Positions 1 through 8,544 of a stretch of 64,000 nucleotides of DNA are shown piece by piece; within the stretch, counting starts at the first letter, position 1; each line of letters starts with the position of its first letter. Origin of the DNA: Bdellovibrionales bacterium (lineage in GTDB: Bacteria > Bdellovibrionota > Bdellovibrionia > Bdellovibrionales > JAUICD01); NCBI GenBank assembly GCA_965203875.1, contig OZ241914.1:269209-333208 (forward strand), given 5' to 3'. A model generated the notes under the pieces. It saw nothing but the letters and a program-made list of their open reading frames with translations, was not told the DNA's origin and did not search any database. The position numbers and the translations under genes are program-made.

Positions 1-152
1 TATAGAGTAGAGTACGAGAGTTCAGCAGGCTGCAAAGGGTACATGAACAAATTATTGGAAACAGAAGGTGGTCTAAGATCACCTTCCTCCGGGGCAGCCG
101 TTACGGTGCTGTAGCATGGGGTTTAGTATCATTAAAAATAGCTGCGGGTATT

Positions 153-344
153 TTGTTGGCATTGGAAACTGGTATACTAGTATATAGCCTGGTAAGAGAC
201 CTTAATCATTGCAATAATACTAATGTAGAAAGATGCAGAAGAGAACAATTTGCTAGAAGCCATAATAATGTATGGAAAGGTGTGTTGCAACTACCTACTC
301 ATGTAATAGGTTATGTTGCATCCATCTTCAGAAGAAAAGATTAG
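153..344 (+). CDS. Short hypothetical ORF or gene fragment with a hydrophobic stretch
   Basis: ORF track. The frame is open from nt 6, with a TAG at 3-5, and no homology is recognisable. Confidence 0.2.
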   Translation: MLALETGILVYSLVRDLNHCNNTNVERCRREQFARSHNNVWKGVLQLPTHVIGYVASIFRRKD

Positions 345-434
345 CAGGCTATTTTCTAGAAACGCTGTGGCAATGCTCTAATATGGAGGTTAGAAGTTAG
401 TTAGCAATTTCAGAAATTTACTATGCAGAAACAT

Positions 435-1100
435 CTAGCTAATTAGTCGATTATTTAGTTTGATCTCTTTTTTATTTGTTTCTTCATGCTGAATCCTTTT
501 ATCTATATATTCCTGAATAGCTAGTACAAAACCTTTTAGATAACTATCTGGGATCGTATATTGAACTTGATTATTGTCTCCTGTAAGGGTGAACGCAAAA
601 CTACCATTTGTAGCTTGTTCTTTAAGAGTTGCAAAGCTTTCGAAGTCTATGGCTACATGTTCATAGAACACACATGCTGTTGGATTGTCACAAAGCACTT
701 CCCCTGGAATCGTTGTTATATTTAGCTGGGTTTCATCGTAAAGTGCGTTGTTTAGGTTGGGCCAGTCGTTCTGGGAGCGATGGTGAAAGTGTGAAATTGT
801 ATAAATTTGTATAGATTCTACTTCGTTGTTACTTTTAATCCATGCTCTTAGCACAAATTGATTTCCTCTGCTAAATTTTCGTCTGGTCGTGGTTAGTATT
901 TCATCTGTGTATGTATTTTCGAAAGTAGTCTCTGTTTTGACCTTTAAAACTTGTTTATCTTCTGCCCAGCTATATATTTCTTCTTTTGTTACTTCGCCTT
1001 CGGTGGAAGAGTGAGTAACTGACTGGACTGTCCCATCATCAGATGAGCAGGCTGATAGTAAAAAACAAATAACTCCAATTTTACAGACTTTTAGGTTCAT
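435..1100 (-). CDS. Hypothetical lipoprotein, member of a local paralog family (1 domain copy)
   Basis: Signal peptide with lipobox LLSAC and AAGGAG RBS. Shares motifs IQIYT, C-x-C-x-EH and Y-x-I-x-x-S-Y-x-x-x-F-V with the ORFs at 1450 and 2054. Confidence 0.8.
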   Translation of the reverse strand: MNLKVCKIGVICFLLSACSSDDGTVQSVTHSSTEGEVTKEEIYSWAEDKQVLKVKTETTFENTYTDEILTTTRRKFSRGNQFVLRAWIKSNNEVESIQIYTISHFHHRSQNDWPNLNNALYDETQLNITTIPGEVLCDNPTACVFYEHVAIDFESFATLKEQATNGSFAFTLTGDNNQVQYTIPDSYLKGFVLAIQEYIDKRIQHEETNKKEIKLNNRLIS

Positions 1101-1127
1101 ATTTTCTCCTTTACATTGTTTTTATCT

Positions 1128-1154
1128 GGATCGGCATTTAGTCCAGAAAAGTTA
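1128..1154 (-). promoter_or_regulatory. Putative sigma28 (FliA)-type promoter
   Basis: Minus strand reads TAAC-N15-GCCGATCC, close to the TAAA-N15-GCCGATAA consensus, 27 nt upstream of the ATG at 1100. Confidence 0.5.
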
Positions 1155-1168
1155 AATTGAAGACCTTA
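1154..1168 (-). repeat. Isolated end fragment of the hairpin repeat family (AAATTGAAGACCTT)
   Basis: Matches the end of copy A2 (1401-1414) and the reverse complement of 56069-56082. Confidence 0.55.
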
Positions 1169-1190
1169 AGAAAACCTGTTTGGAGTCCAT

Positions 1191-1293
1191 CTTGAACGTT
1201 GCACAACTTTTTTAATAAACGCACTCTGGCTTCACTTTCGGCCTCTGGCCTAACCGTTTTGCCAGTGTACATTTATTAAAAACGAAGGGCCTT
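1191..1293 (-). repeat. Interspersed hairpin repeat, copy A1
   Basis: Reverse complement aligns end to end with 19600-19701. Outer stem TTTTTAATAAA / TTTATTAAAAA, core GGCC-AGA-GGCC. Confidence 0.85.
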
Positions 1294-1310
1294 AGTCTGT
1301 TGGAGCATAC

Positions 1311-1415
1311 CTTGAACGTTGGGCAACATTTTACCAAATGTTTTCGTAGCTTTCGTTTAAGACCTTCGGTCTTGCCACTAAGCTAATCAAACATTTGGTA
1401 AAATTGAAGACCTTT
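1311..1415 (-). repeat. Interspersed hairpin repeat, copy A2 (tandem with A1)
   Basis: Starts CTTGAACGTTGGGCAAC and ends AAATTGAAGACCTT. Stem ATTTTACCAAATGTTT / AAACATTTGGTAAAAT, core GACC-TTC-GGTC. Confidence 0.85.
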
Positions 1416-1441
1416 AACCTTTAGGACCAAAGTGCCGATCA
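1415..1441 (+). promoter_or_regulatory. Putative sigma28-type promoter
   Basis: TAAC-N15-GCCGATCA, 8 nt upstream of the ATG at 1450. Confidence 0.5.
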
Positions 1442-1449
1442 AAATCTAA

Positions 1450-1998
1450 ATGGCCCTTCTTTTATTGCTCTTTATTCCAAATCATCCACTTGTGGCATAC
1501 GAAATGCCAACCGACACAAAATCAACGGCTGCAAGTATCAAATTTGATCACTATGAAGGAATAAATAAAACAATAGCCTCTAGCCCATCGATAACCCAAG
1601 GCAAAACATCCTATAAACTAGTGGGAGTATTCAATAACAAAGGAGAATTATACGACCAACACCTTCACGTCACATCGCTTTTCTCTGACTGGGCATATCT
1701 AAATAAAGGACTGAGCTACGGACAACACCTCAACGTAACAAAGATAAAAAAAGAATTCACATGCAAAGTTAATCCATGTGTCTACTCAGAAACTATAACT
1801 GTTCACTTTGAAAACTTCGAAAAACTAAAAGAAGAATCTACAAAACCAGGAGTTTGGAGATTTGAACTTATAGGTGCTAACACTAAAAAACAATACACAG
1901 TGCCTAGGAGCTATCTAAGAACATTTGTATCTTCGATAGAGGCAAATAAAGATCTTATAAGACAAAGGGCAACCTTAAAGGCTGCTATGGAAAAATAA
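1450..1998 (+). CDS. Hypothetical exported protein, paralog family (1 domain copy)
   Basis: Hydrophobic N-terminus; motifs CKVNPCVYSE and YTVPRSYLRTFVSSIE are shared with its neighbours. Confidence 0.75.
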   Translation: MALLLLLFIPNHPLVAYEMPTDTKSTAASIKFDHYEGINKTIASSPSITQGKTSYKLVGVFNNKGELYDQHLHVTSLFSDWAYLNKGLSYGQHLNVTKIKKEFTCKVNPCVYSETITVHFENFEKLKEESTKPGVWRFELIGANTKKQYTVPRSYLRTFVSSIEANKDLIRQRATLKAAMEK

Positions 1999-1999
1999 A

Positions 2000-2015
2000 T
2001 GTTCCACGTGGAACA
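2000..2015. promoter_or_regulatory. parS: parS site
   Basis: Perfect palindrome TGTTCCACGTGGAACA, matching the bacterial parS consensus, 1.5 kb upstream of parA. Confidence 0.9.
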
Positions 2016-2018
2016 AGA

Positions 2019-2046
2019 TAAAGATCCTCAATCAAAATGCCGACCT
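2019..2046 (+). promoter_or_regulatory. Putative sigma28-type promoter
   Basis: TAAA-N16-GCCGACCT, 7 nt upstream of the ATG at 2054. Confidence 0.4.
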
Positions 2047-2053
2047 AGGGCCT

Positions 2054-3367
2054 ATGAACAAGACAAAGGTTTTTGTAGGACTGATCATATTAAGCATCAT
2101 TCTTGGTGTTATAAAGCTTAAGCGAGTGCAAACTCCCAAAACAGAGGATAGGTTACCTGCCAGTAAAACTAAGGCTTTTACATTTGCAAACGTAAAAATT
2201 GATAGAAAAACCCTCCCTTCTTCTAGAAACTTTGTGCATAACAAGATAGAAAACACAAGTACAGTGACAGGGTATTTGACGGCAAATCAAACGCCAAACC
2301 AAGCACCTAAAGGGGACTACTTTATAAGAGCCGCCATTAATTCACCAGATCAAATAGGTCCTGTGCAAATATACACAATAACAAAACTGCCCCGCACATG
2401 GCAGGATCTGTTACCAGGCACAGGGCTTGCCAGACCTGATGTAACCCGCCCAGGGCGAGACAATAATTGTGAAACTGCTAAAGCATCTGATGACAGCGAA
2501 AATCTTTGTATATCTGAACACATAGTGATGAGCTTTAAAACATTAGAAGACTTTAAGAAACATGTAGTTGCCAGTGTTCACAGTGGCCGTATTAATGAAT
2601 TGGGTAATTATAGGTTTTCTTTATTATCACCAGGAGCATTTTTTGATCGTAAGTATCACAAAGCTGTATACGATATTTCAGGAGACTATATAATGACTTT
2701 TATGTCAGAAATTCAAAAATACTTACCCGATGTTAAACCCACAGAAATAGAAAATGAGCTACTAACTTTTAGAAATACAAAAATTAACACGGAACAAATG
2801 CGTTCTGTTGAAGGCTTCGTACACAACAATCTAGAAAACATAAGCACAGTGACCGGATATTTAATGCCAAACCACGTGCCTGACCAAATGCGGACTTCTG
2901 CACAGCCAGCTACGGGAGATTACTTTATGAGAGCTGCCATTCTCCCACCTGGAAAATTAGAGTCTGTACAAATATACACAATAACAAAATTGCCTTTCAA
3001 ATGGCACTCCGGCAACTTATATGTTTTTGGCTTCGGAGAACATGTTTGGTTAGAAGCGGATGATGACTGTCAACCTATCGAAGTATCTAGTGATAGCCAA
3101 AACCTTTGTGTTTCTGAACACTTAGCAATAACCTTCGATGCGGATGAACTTGATCATTTTATCTCTAGACTCGAGAATGCAACAAACGCCCATGAATACC
3201 GTAGATTTTTAATATCAACACCAGGAGTAGGTAAGGTAGCCGAAAAATATCGTAACGTTGAGTATTTTATCGATAAATCTTATATTACAGAGTTTGTGTC
3301 AGCGATCCAACGACATACTCTACCTGCTAAAGCCGTAGCAGACGCAGACAGACAGGCCCAACTTTGA
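2054..3367 (+). CDS. Hypothetical membrane-anchored protein with two tandem copies of the paralog domain
   Basis: N-terminal TM segment. Internal duplication: FVHNKIENTSTVTGYL..GDYFIRAAI..VQIYTITKLP versus FVHNNLENISTVTGYL..GDYFMRAAI..VQIYTITKLP. Confidence 0.85.
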   Translation: MNKTKVFVGLIILSIILGVIKLKRVQTPKTEDRLPASKTKAFTFANVKIDRKTLPSSRNFVHNKIENTSTVTGYLTANQTPNQAPKGDYFIRAAINSPDQIGPVQIYTITKLPRTWQDLLPGTGLARPDVTRPGRDNNCETAKASDDSENLCISEHIVMSFKTLEDFKKHVVASVHSGRINELGNYRFSLLSPGAFFDRKYHKAVYDISGDYIMTFMSEIQKYLPDVKPTEIENELLTFRNTKINTEQMRSVEGFVHNNLENISTVTGYLMPNHVPDQMRTSAQPATGDYFMRAAILPPGKLESVQIYTITKLPFKWHSGNLYVFGFGEHVWLEADDDCQPIEVSSDSQNLCVSEHLAITFDADELDHFISRLENATNAHEYRRFLISTPGVGKVAEKYRNVEYFIDKSYITEFVSAIQRHTLPAKAVADADRQAQL

Positions 3368-3499
3368 TAATATCCTATCAAAACATCCAATGGCTTTGTA
3401 AAAGAGCAAGGCCTGACTATTTATTTGCGATCTATATTACTACCACCTGGTGTTGTGTGTTGCCATGGACATTGACTTAAAATAGCATAATGCCCGCAA

Positions 3500-3515
3500 T
3501 GTTCCACGTGGAACA
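3500..3515. promoter_or_regulatory. parS: parS site immediately upstream of parA
   Basis: Perfect palindrome TGTTCCACGTGGAACA, 12 nt before the parA ATG. Confidence 0.9.
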
Positions 3516-3527
3516 TCAGAGGATGTA

Positions 3528-4322
3528 ATGCCCAGAGTTATATGCGTGGTCAATCAAAAGGGAGGAGTTGGAAAAACAACTACCAGCATAAATCTTTCCT
3601 ATGCTTTGGCTAATTTAAACAGAAAAGTATTGTTGATAGACATGGATCCACAGGGTAATGCCTCTGGAGTTCTGTCAAAAGCTACAGATAAAACCGTATA
3701 CCACGTGCTTACAGGAGAAAGAGACATAACTTCTGCCTTGGTCAAAACTAGTGTTGAAAATCTAAAAGCCCTAGTGTCCAACGCTGATCTTGTAGGAGCA
3801 GAAGTTGAGTTAGTGCAATTTCCAGAAAGGGAGTTGCGGCTTAAAAATGCTTTAAATTCTCTATCAGAGCATTTCGACTATGTGCTTATCGATTGCCCTC
3901 CCAGTTTGGGGCTTTTGACCGTCAATGCTCTGTGTGCAGCGGATAGTTTTTTGGTACCTCTACAATGCGAGTACTATGCTTTGGAAGGTTTGGGTAAATT
4001 GTTAAATACCTCTGGGCTTATAAAAAATAGTCTTAATAAAAACTTAAAGTTAGAAGGGATAGTGCTAACCATGTTTGATACCAGAAATAGACTATCGCAC
4101 CAGGTTCTAAATGAGGTAAAAAAGCATTTTAAGGATCAGGTCTTTGAAACAATCATTCCCAGAAGTGTAAGACTTAGTGAGGCACCTAGCCATGGGATGT
4201 GTATATTTGACTATGATAAAGAATCTGTAGGAAGCAAACAATACCAAGCCTTAGCATTTGAACTAGATAGAAAGAATTTTTTAAAAACAAGTAAGGAGGA
4301 GTTTTGTCTACAGACATTGTAA
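3528..4322 (+). CDS. parA: Chromosome partitioning ATPase ParA/Soj
   Basis: Deviant Walker A NQKGGVGKTT, DMDPQGNAS and IDCPPSLG motifs. Confidence 0.97.
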   Translation: MPRVICVVNQKGGVGKTTTSINLSYALANLNRKVLLIDMDPQGNASGVLSKATDKTVYHVLTGERDITSALVKTSVENLKALVSNADLVGAEVELVQFPERELRLKNALNSLSEHFDYVLIDCPPSLGLLTVNALCAADSFLVPLQCEYYALEGLGKLLNTSGLIKNSLNKNLKLEGIVLTMFDTRNRLSHQVLNEVKKHFKDQVFETIIPRSVRLSEAPSHGMCIFDYDKESVGSKQYQALAFELDRKNFLKTSKEEFCLQTL

Positions 4323-5158
4323 AGGGTAAAAAAGGGTTGGGCAAAGGATTGGCTAGCTTGATACCTAGCGTACCTACAGAACAACTTTCAAAACAAAAAG
4401 TTTTAGAAATCGACATAGACTTGGTGATACAAAACAAAGCTCAGCCTAGAAAAAATTTTGAAAAAGAGAGCCTCCTAAAGTTGGCTGAATCTATTAAACA
4501 ACACGGGGTTGTGCAGCCTATAGTGGTTAGAAAAAAACAAAAACACTTTGAAATTATAGCAGGGGAAAGGCGTTGGAGAGCTGCTAATCTAGCAGGCCTT
4601 GCCACAATCCCAGTGGTGTTAAAGCAAATAAATAACCAGCAAGCCAAGGAAACAGCCATAATAGAAAATATTCAAAGAGAAGACCTAAACCCAATAGAAG
4701 AGGCCGAGGCGTATAAAGATCTCTTGGAAAACTACGACTTAACGCATAGCGAAATAGCCAAGCGTGTATCCAAAGATCGGGCAACCATATCTAATTTGCT
4801 TAGGATTTTATCTCTTCCTAGTAAGGTGAGAAGTTTTGTTGAACAAGGCAAGCTTTCCTTGGGCCATGCTAAAGCCTTGGCTTCTGTTAGAGACAAGTCT
4901 AGTCAAAATCGATATGCAGATATTGTGGTACAAAAAAAACTTAGTGTTAGAAGATTAGAATCTCTTATTTCAAAGCCTACCAATAAGAAATCGCAGGATA
5001 AAACTTTAAAACTAGTAGAGAGTATTGCACAAAAGCTTCAGAAAAAACTAGGTACAAAAATATCTATTAGTTATAGAAATGCAAAAGGCAGAATATGCAT
5101 ACACTACTATTCCTCAGAACAATTCAACGGCATTGTAGCTAGATTAGATGGAAACTAA
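4304..5158 (+). CDS. parB: Chromosome partitioning protein ParB/Spo0J
   Basis: IIAGERRWRAA arginine patch and IENIQREDLNPIEEA; directly follows parA. Confidence 0.97.
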   Translation: MSTDIVKGKKGLGKGLASLIPSVPTEQLSKQKVLEIDIDLVIQNKAQPRKNFEKESLLKLAESIKQHGVVQPIVVRKKQKHFEIIAGERRWRAANLAGLATIPVVLKQINNQQAKETAIIENIQREDLNPIEEAEAYKDLLENYDLTHSEIAKRVSKDRATISNLLRILSLPSKVRSFVEQGKLSLGHAKALASVRDKSSQNRYADIVVQKKLSVRRLESLISKPTNKKSQDKTLKLVESIAQKLQKKLGTKISISYRNAKGRICIHYYSSEQFNGIVARLDGN

Positions 5159-5492
5159 AGTGTCAGAAAATAGCTATAAGCACGTAACCGCTATTTTAGA
5201 CAAAGGCACTTCTTTTGAAGGTAACCTTACTTTTGAAGGCACTGTTCGTATAGGGGGAATTTTTAAAGGCGAAATATATACCAAGGACACTCTGATAATT
5301 GATCCAAATGCTGACATAGAAGCTCAGATAGAGGCAGAAGTTGTTATTATATCAGGCGTGGTCAAAGGAAACGTATTTGCACACAGACAAGTTGTGATGC
5401 ATCCACCTGCTGTTTTAAAAGGAACCGTAACTACTCCCAGCTTACAGATAGAAGAAGGCGTAGTATTTGAAGGTGCATCTTATATGTCTTAA
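5148..5492 (+). CDS. Bactofilin (polymer-forming cytoskeletal protein)
   Basis: Beta-helix pattern TAILDKGTSFEGNLTFEGTVRIGG...IEEGVVFEG. Confidence 0.9.
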   Translation: METKVSENSYKHVTAILDKGTSFEGNLTFEGTVRIGGIFKGEIYTKDTLIIDPNADIEAQIEAEVVIISGVVKGNVFAHRQVVMHPPAVLKGTVTTPSLQIEEGVVFEGASYMS

Positions 5493-5565
5493 AAATTCTT
5501 TTTTATTGGGTTCATTAAATTTGAACGTGTTGACTGTTTAAACAATTCTTAGTAATAGCCATTTT

Positions 5566-5997
5566 ATGTTGGGGATTTTGGATAAGTTAGGAGTGGATAG
5601 CACTGTATTTGTGCAAATATTGTTTTGGCTTATTGCATATTTGTTTGTAAAAAAAACTTTGTTAGACTCTTTGGTTCACAGAGTCAATTTAAGAAAAAAA
5701 TTAACAGTAGGCTCTGAAGAGCAAACCAATAGAATTATAGAAGATGTTAAAAGAAAAAAGACAGCATATGAAATGGCTGCGAAAAAACTGGATAATGAAA
5801 TCAAAGAAATTTTTAATAAAGATTTAAGAGAAACTGAAAAAGAAGTTGCAAGAAAAATAACTCTAGCCAATAAAGAAGCAACCAACAACTTACAACTTGC
5901 CAGGTCTGAAATTTTAAAGCAAAAGGAAGATGCTCAGATCGAACTTACCAAACAGGTGCCACATATATCCTCCCACATCAAAGAAAAGATTATTTGA
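5566..5997 (+). CDS. ATP synthase F0 subunit b'
   Basis: N-terminal TM followed by a charged coiled coil; first gene of the atp operon. Confidence 0.75.
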   Translation: MLGILDKLGVDSTVFVQILFWLIAYLFVKKTLLDSLVHRVNLRKKLTVGSEEQTNRIIEDVKRKKTAYEMAAKKLDNEIKEIFNKDLRETEKEVARKITLANKEATNNLQLARSEILKQKEDAQIELTKQVPHISSHIKEKII

Positions 5998-6000
5998 AAG

Positions 6001-6549
6001 ATGACTCCCATGTTTTATTTTTTTATTCCACAAACATTGTATGCAGCTTCAAGTGCTCAGGCACATGGCATACCAGACGTGGTTTGGTTTCAAGCTTTAA
6101 ACTTCATTTTGTTTGTAGGGCTACTATGGTTTCTTTTAAAAAATAAAATTACTAAATTTTATTTAAATAGAGAACTAAAATTCAAAGAACTTTTTAAAAG
6201 TGCCAGCGTAAAAAAAGATGAAGCTCTTAATGAGCTTAAAAACTTTGAAATGAAGTTAAGTGAAATTTCTAATACTAGGGATGCACAAATTGCAAAAGCC
6301 AAGGAAGATTCTCTAAAGTCAAATCAAAAATTACTAAGTCAGGCAGACACGCATGCTAATAGAATAAAAAAAGACAGCATCGAAACAGCCAATATAGAAC
6401 AGAAAAAAGTACATGAAATGTTAAAAGCTCACTTGCTACTTAGTGCTATAGAAAATGTATCTAACGAATTAAAAAGTCATGTATCATCTGACATACATTC
6501 TAAACTTCATAGCGAGTTCAAAAGTAGGGTAAAAAATGAACGTTTATAA
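6001..6549 (+). CDS. atpF: ATP synthase F0 subunit b
   Basis: QALNFILFVGLLWFLLK TM plus coiled coil; operon position. Confidence 0.85.
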   Translation: MTPMFYFFIPQTLYAASSAQAHGIPDVVWFQALNFILFVGLLWFLLKNKITKFYLNRELKFKELFKSASVKKDEALNELKNFEMKLSEISNTRDAQIAKAKEDSLKSNQKLLSQADTHANRIKKDSIETANIEQKKVHEMLKAHLLLSAIENVSNELKSHVSSDIHSKLHSEFKSRVKNERL

Positions 6550-7024
6550 TAGATATGCCCAAGCTTTATTTGATTTAGCTAAAGATGAAGGACAAATAAC
6601 TGATATTTATAATTTCAAATCTAACCTAGATAAAGAAGTTCAAGATTTTTTTAATAATCCAGTTATAAGCTCTGAGGATAAAAATAAAATTGTTGATATA
6701 ATGACAAAGACTGAACTTGTAAAAAAGTTTTTTAAACTTATGCTGGACAGAGGCAGGACGGATTTTCTTTCTTGCATTAAATCCTTTGAGAAGATAAGCG
6801 ATATAAAAAATAATATTGCAAGAGGAAAAGTTATTTCTGCTGTTTTTCTTTCAAAAGAAGAAAAAAAAATGTTAGAAACAGTTTTTTTGGAAAAAATTAA
6901 TAAAAAAGTAATTTTTGAGTATGAAATAGATAAATCTATTTTGGGCGGTATAAAAGTTATAATTGGCGGATTGATATTTGAAGATACTTTACTCAACAGA
7001 TTAAATAAATTGAAAGAAATATAA
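6536..7024 (+). CDS. atpH: ATP synthase F1 subunit delta
   Basis: RYAQALF N-terminus and [12 protein letters not shown]-terminal motif. Confidence 0.9.
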   Translation: MNVYNRYAQALFDLAKDEGQITDIYNFKSNLDKEVQDFFNNPVISSEDKNKIVDIMTKTELVKKFFKLMLDRGRTDFLSCIKSFEKISDIKNNIARGKVISAVFLSKEEKKMLETVFLEKINKKVIFEYEIDKSILGGIKVIIGGLIFEDTLLNRLNKLKEI

Positions 7025-7035
7025 GGAGTTATTTT

Positions 7036-8544
7036 GTGAAAATTAGAGCTGATGAAATCGCAAGTGTCTTAAAAGATCAGATAAAAAACTTTACAACCAA
7101 GCTTGAAGTTAGTGAAACAGGAAGGGTTCTGTCTGTTGGAGATAACGTTGCTAAAGTTTATGGATTAGACAATGTTATGTCTGGTGAAATAGTAGAATTT
7201 TCTGGTGTATATGGCATGGCATTAAACTTGGAAGATTCATCTGTCGGGGTAGTTATTTTTGGTGATGATTCAGGGATTAAGGAAGGAGACATTGTCAAAA
7301 GAACTAAGCGAATAGTGCAAATTGACGTTGATGAAAATCTTTTGGGACGAGTAATAGATCCTCTAGGTGCACCTTTGGATGGAAAAGGTGAGATTAAATG
7401 TAAACATTCAAGGCGTATAGAATTAAAAGCTCCAGGTATTGTGAAAAGGCAGCCAGTAAATGAACCTCTTCAAACTGGAATCAAAGCTATCGATACTATG
7501 ATACCAATAGGAAGGGGCCAAAGAGAACTTATTATTGGAGACAGGCAAACAGGTAAAACAGCTATTGCTGTGGATACAATCATAAACCAAAAAGGAAAAG
7601 ATGTATACTGTGTCTATGTAGCTATAGGACAAAAACAATCTACGGTTGCACAGGTGTTTGAAAAGTTAAAAGAAACCGGAGCACTAGACTATACCACAAT
7701 AGTTTTTTCCAGTGCCACCAGTGCTGCTTCACTACAGTTTTTATCTGCCTACACTGGGTGTACGGTTGGAGAATATTTTAGAGATAAAGGTAAGCATGCA
7801 CTTATTGTTTATGATGATCTGACAAAACAGGCACAGGCTTATAGACAGTTGTCACTTTTACTTAGGAGGCCTCCTGGCAGAGAAGCTTATCCTGGAGATG
7901 TTTTTTACCTACATTCTAGATTGCTTGAAAGAGCATGTAAACTTAGCGATGCAGAAGGAGGCGGTTCGCTCACAGCTTTGCCTATCATTGAAACCCAAGC
8001 AGGAGATGTGTCAGCATATATACCTACAAATGTCATATCAATTACGGACGGACAAATTTTCTTAGAATCAGATTTATTTTATAAAGGAATACGACCTGCG
8101 GTTAATGTAGGTATATCTGTTTCAAGAGTTGGAGGAAATGCTCAGACAAAAGCAATTAGGCAAGTAGCCGGTAGTTTAAAACTAGACCTAGCTCAATTTA
8201 GAGAGCTAGAAGCTTTTGCAGCATTTGGTTCTGATTTGGATAAGTCTACACAGGCACAGTTAGATAGAGGCAAAAGATTAGTAGAATTATTAAAACAGCC
8301 TCAGTATGATCCGTGGCCAGTTCAAATGCAGGTAGCAATCATATTTGCTGGAATTCATGGATTTGTGGACAAGGTAGATGTAGGTAAAATATCAAAATAT
8401 AAAGAATCTTTAAGAGATTTTTTAAATCGCAAATTTTCAGATCTATTAAATGAGATAGAAAAAACAGGTAAGCTTGATGATAAGCTAAAAGCCGGATTAA
8501 AGAGTGCTTTAGAAGAGTTTGGAGCTGTATTTAAAAATGGCTAA
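7036..8544 (+). CDS. atpA: ATP synthase F1 subunit alpha
   Basis: GDRQTGKT Walker A and [23 protein letters not shown]. Confidence 0.99.
   Translation: MKIRADEIASVLKDQIKNFTTKLEVSETGRVLSVGDNVAKVYGLDNVMSGEIVEFSGVYGMALNLEDSSVGVVIFGDDSGIKEGDIVKRTKRIVQIDVDENLLGRVIDPLGAPLDGKGEIKCKHSRRIELKAPGIVKRQPVNEPLQTGIKAIDTMIPIGRGQRELIIGDRQTGKTAIAVDTIINQKGKDVYCVYVAIGQKQSTVAQVFEKLKETGALDYTTIVFSSATSAASLQFLSAYTGCTVGEYFRDKGKHALIVYDDLTKQAQAYRQLSLLLRRPPGREAYPGDVFYLHSRLLERACKLSDAEGGGSLTALPIIETQAGDVSAYIPTNVISITDGQIFLESDLFYKGIRPAVNVGISVSRVGGNAQTKAIRQVAGSLKLDLAQFRELEAFAAFGSDLDKSTQAQLDRGKRLVELLKQPQYDPWPVQMQVAIIFAGIHGFVDKVDVGKISKYKESLRDFLNRKFSDLLNEIEKTGKLDDKLKAGLKSALEEFGAVFKNG

Noticed and set aside
1154-1415. CRISPR array reading of the tandem units with 18-23 nt gaps
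   Set aside because: Units are ~100 bp and divergent, the apparent spacers share a conserved tail (GGTAAACT(A/C)C-like), and there are no cas genes in the window.
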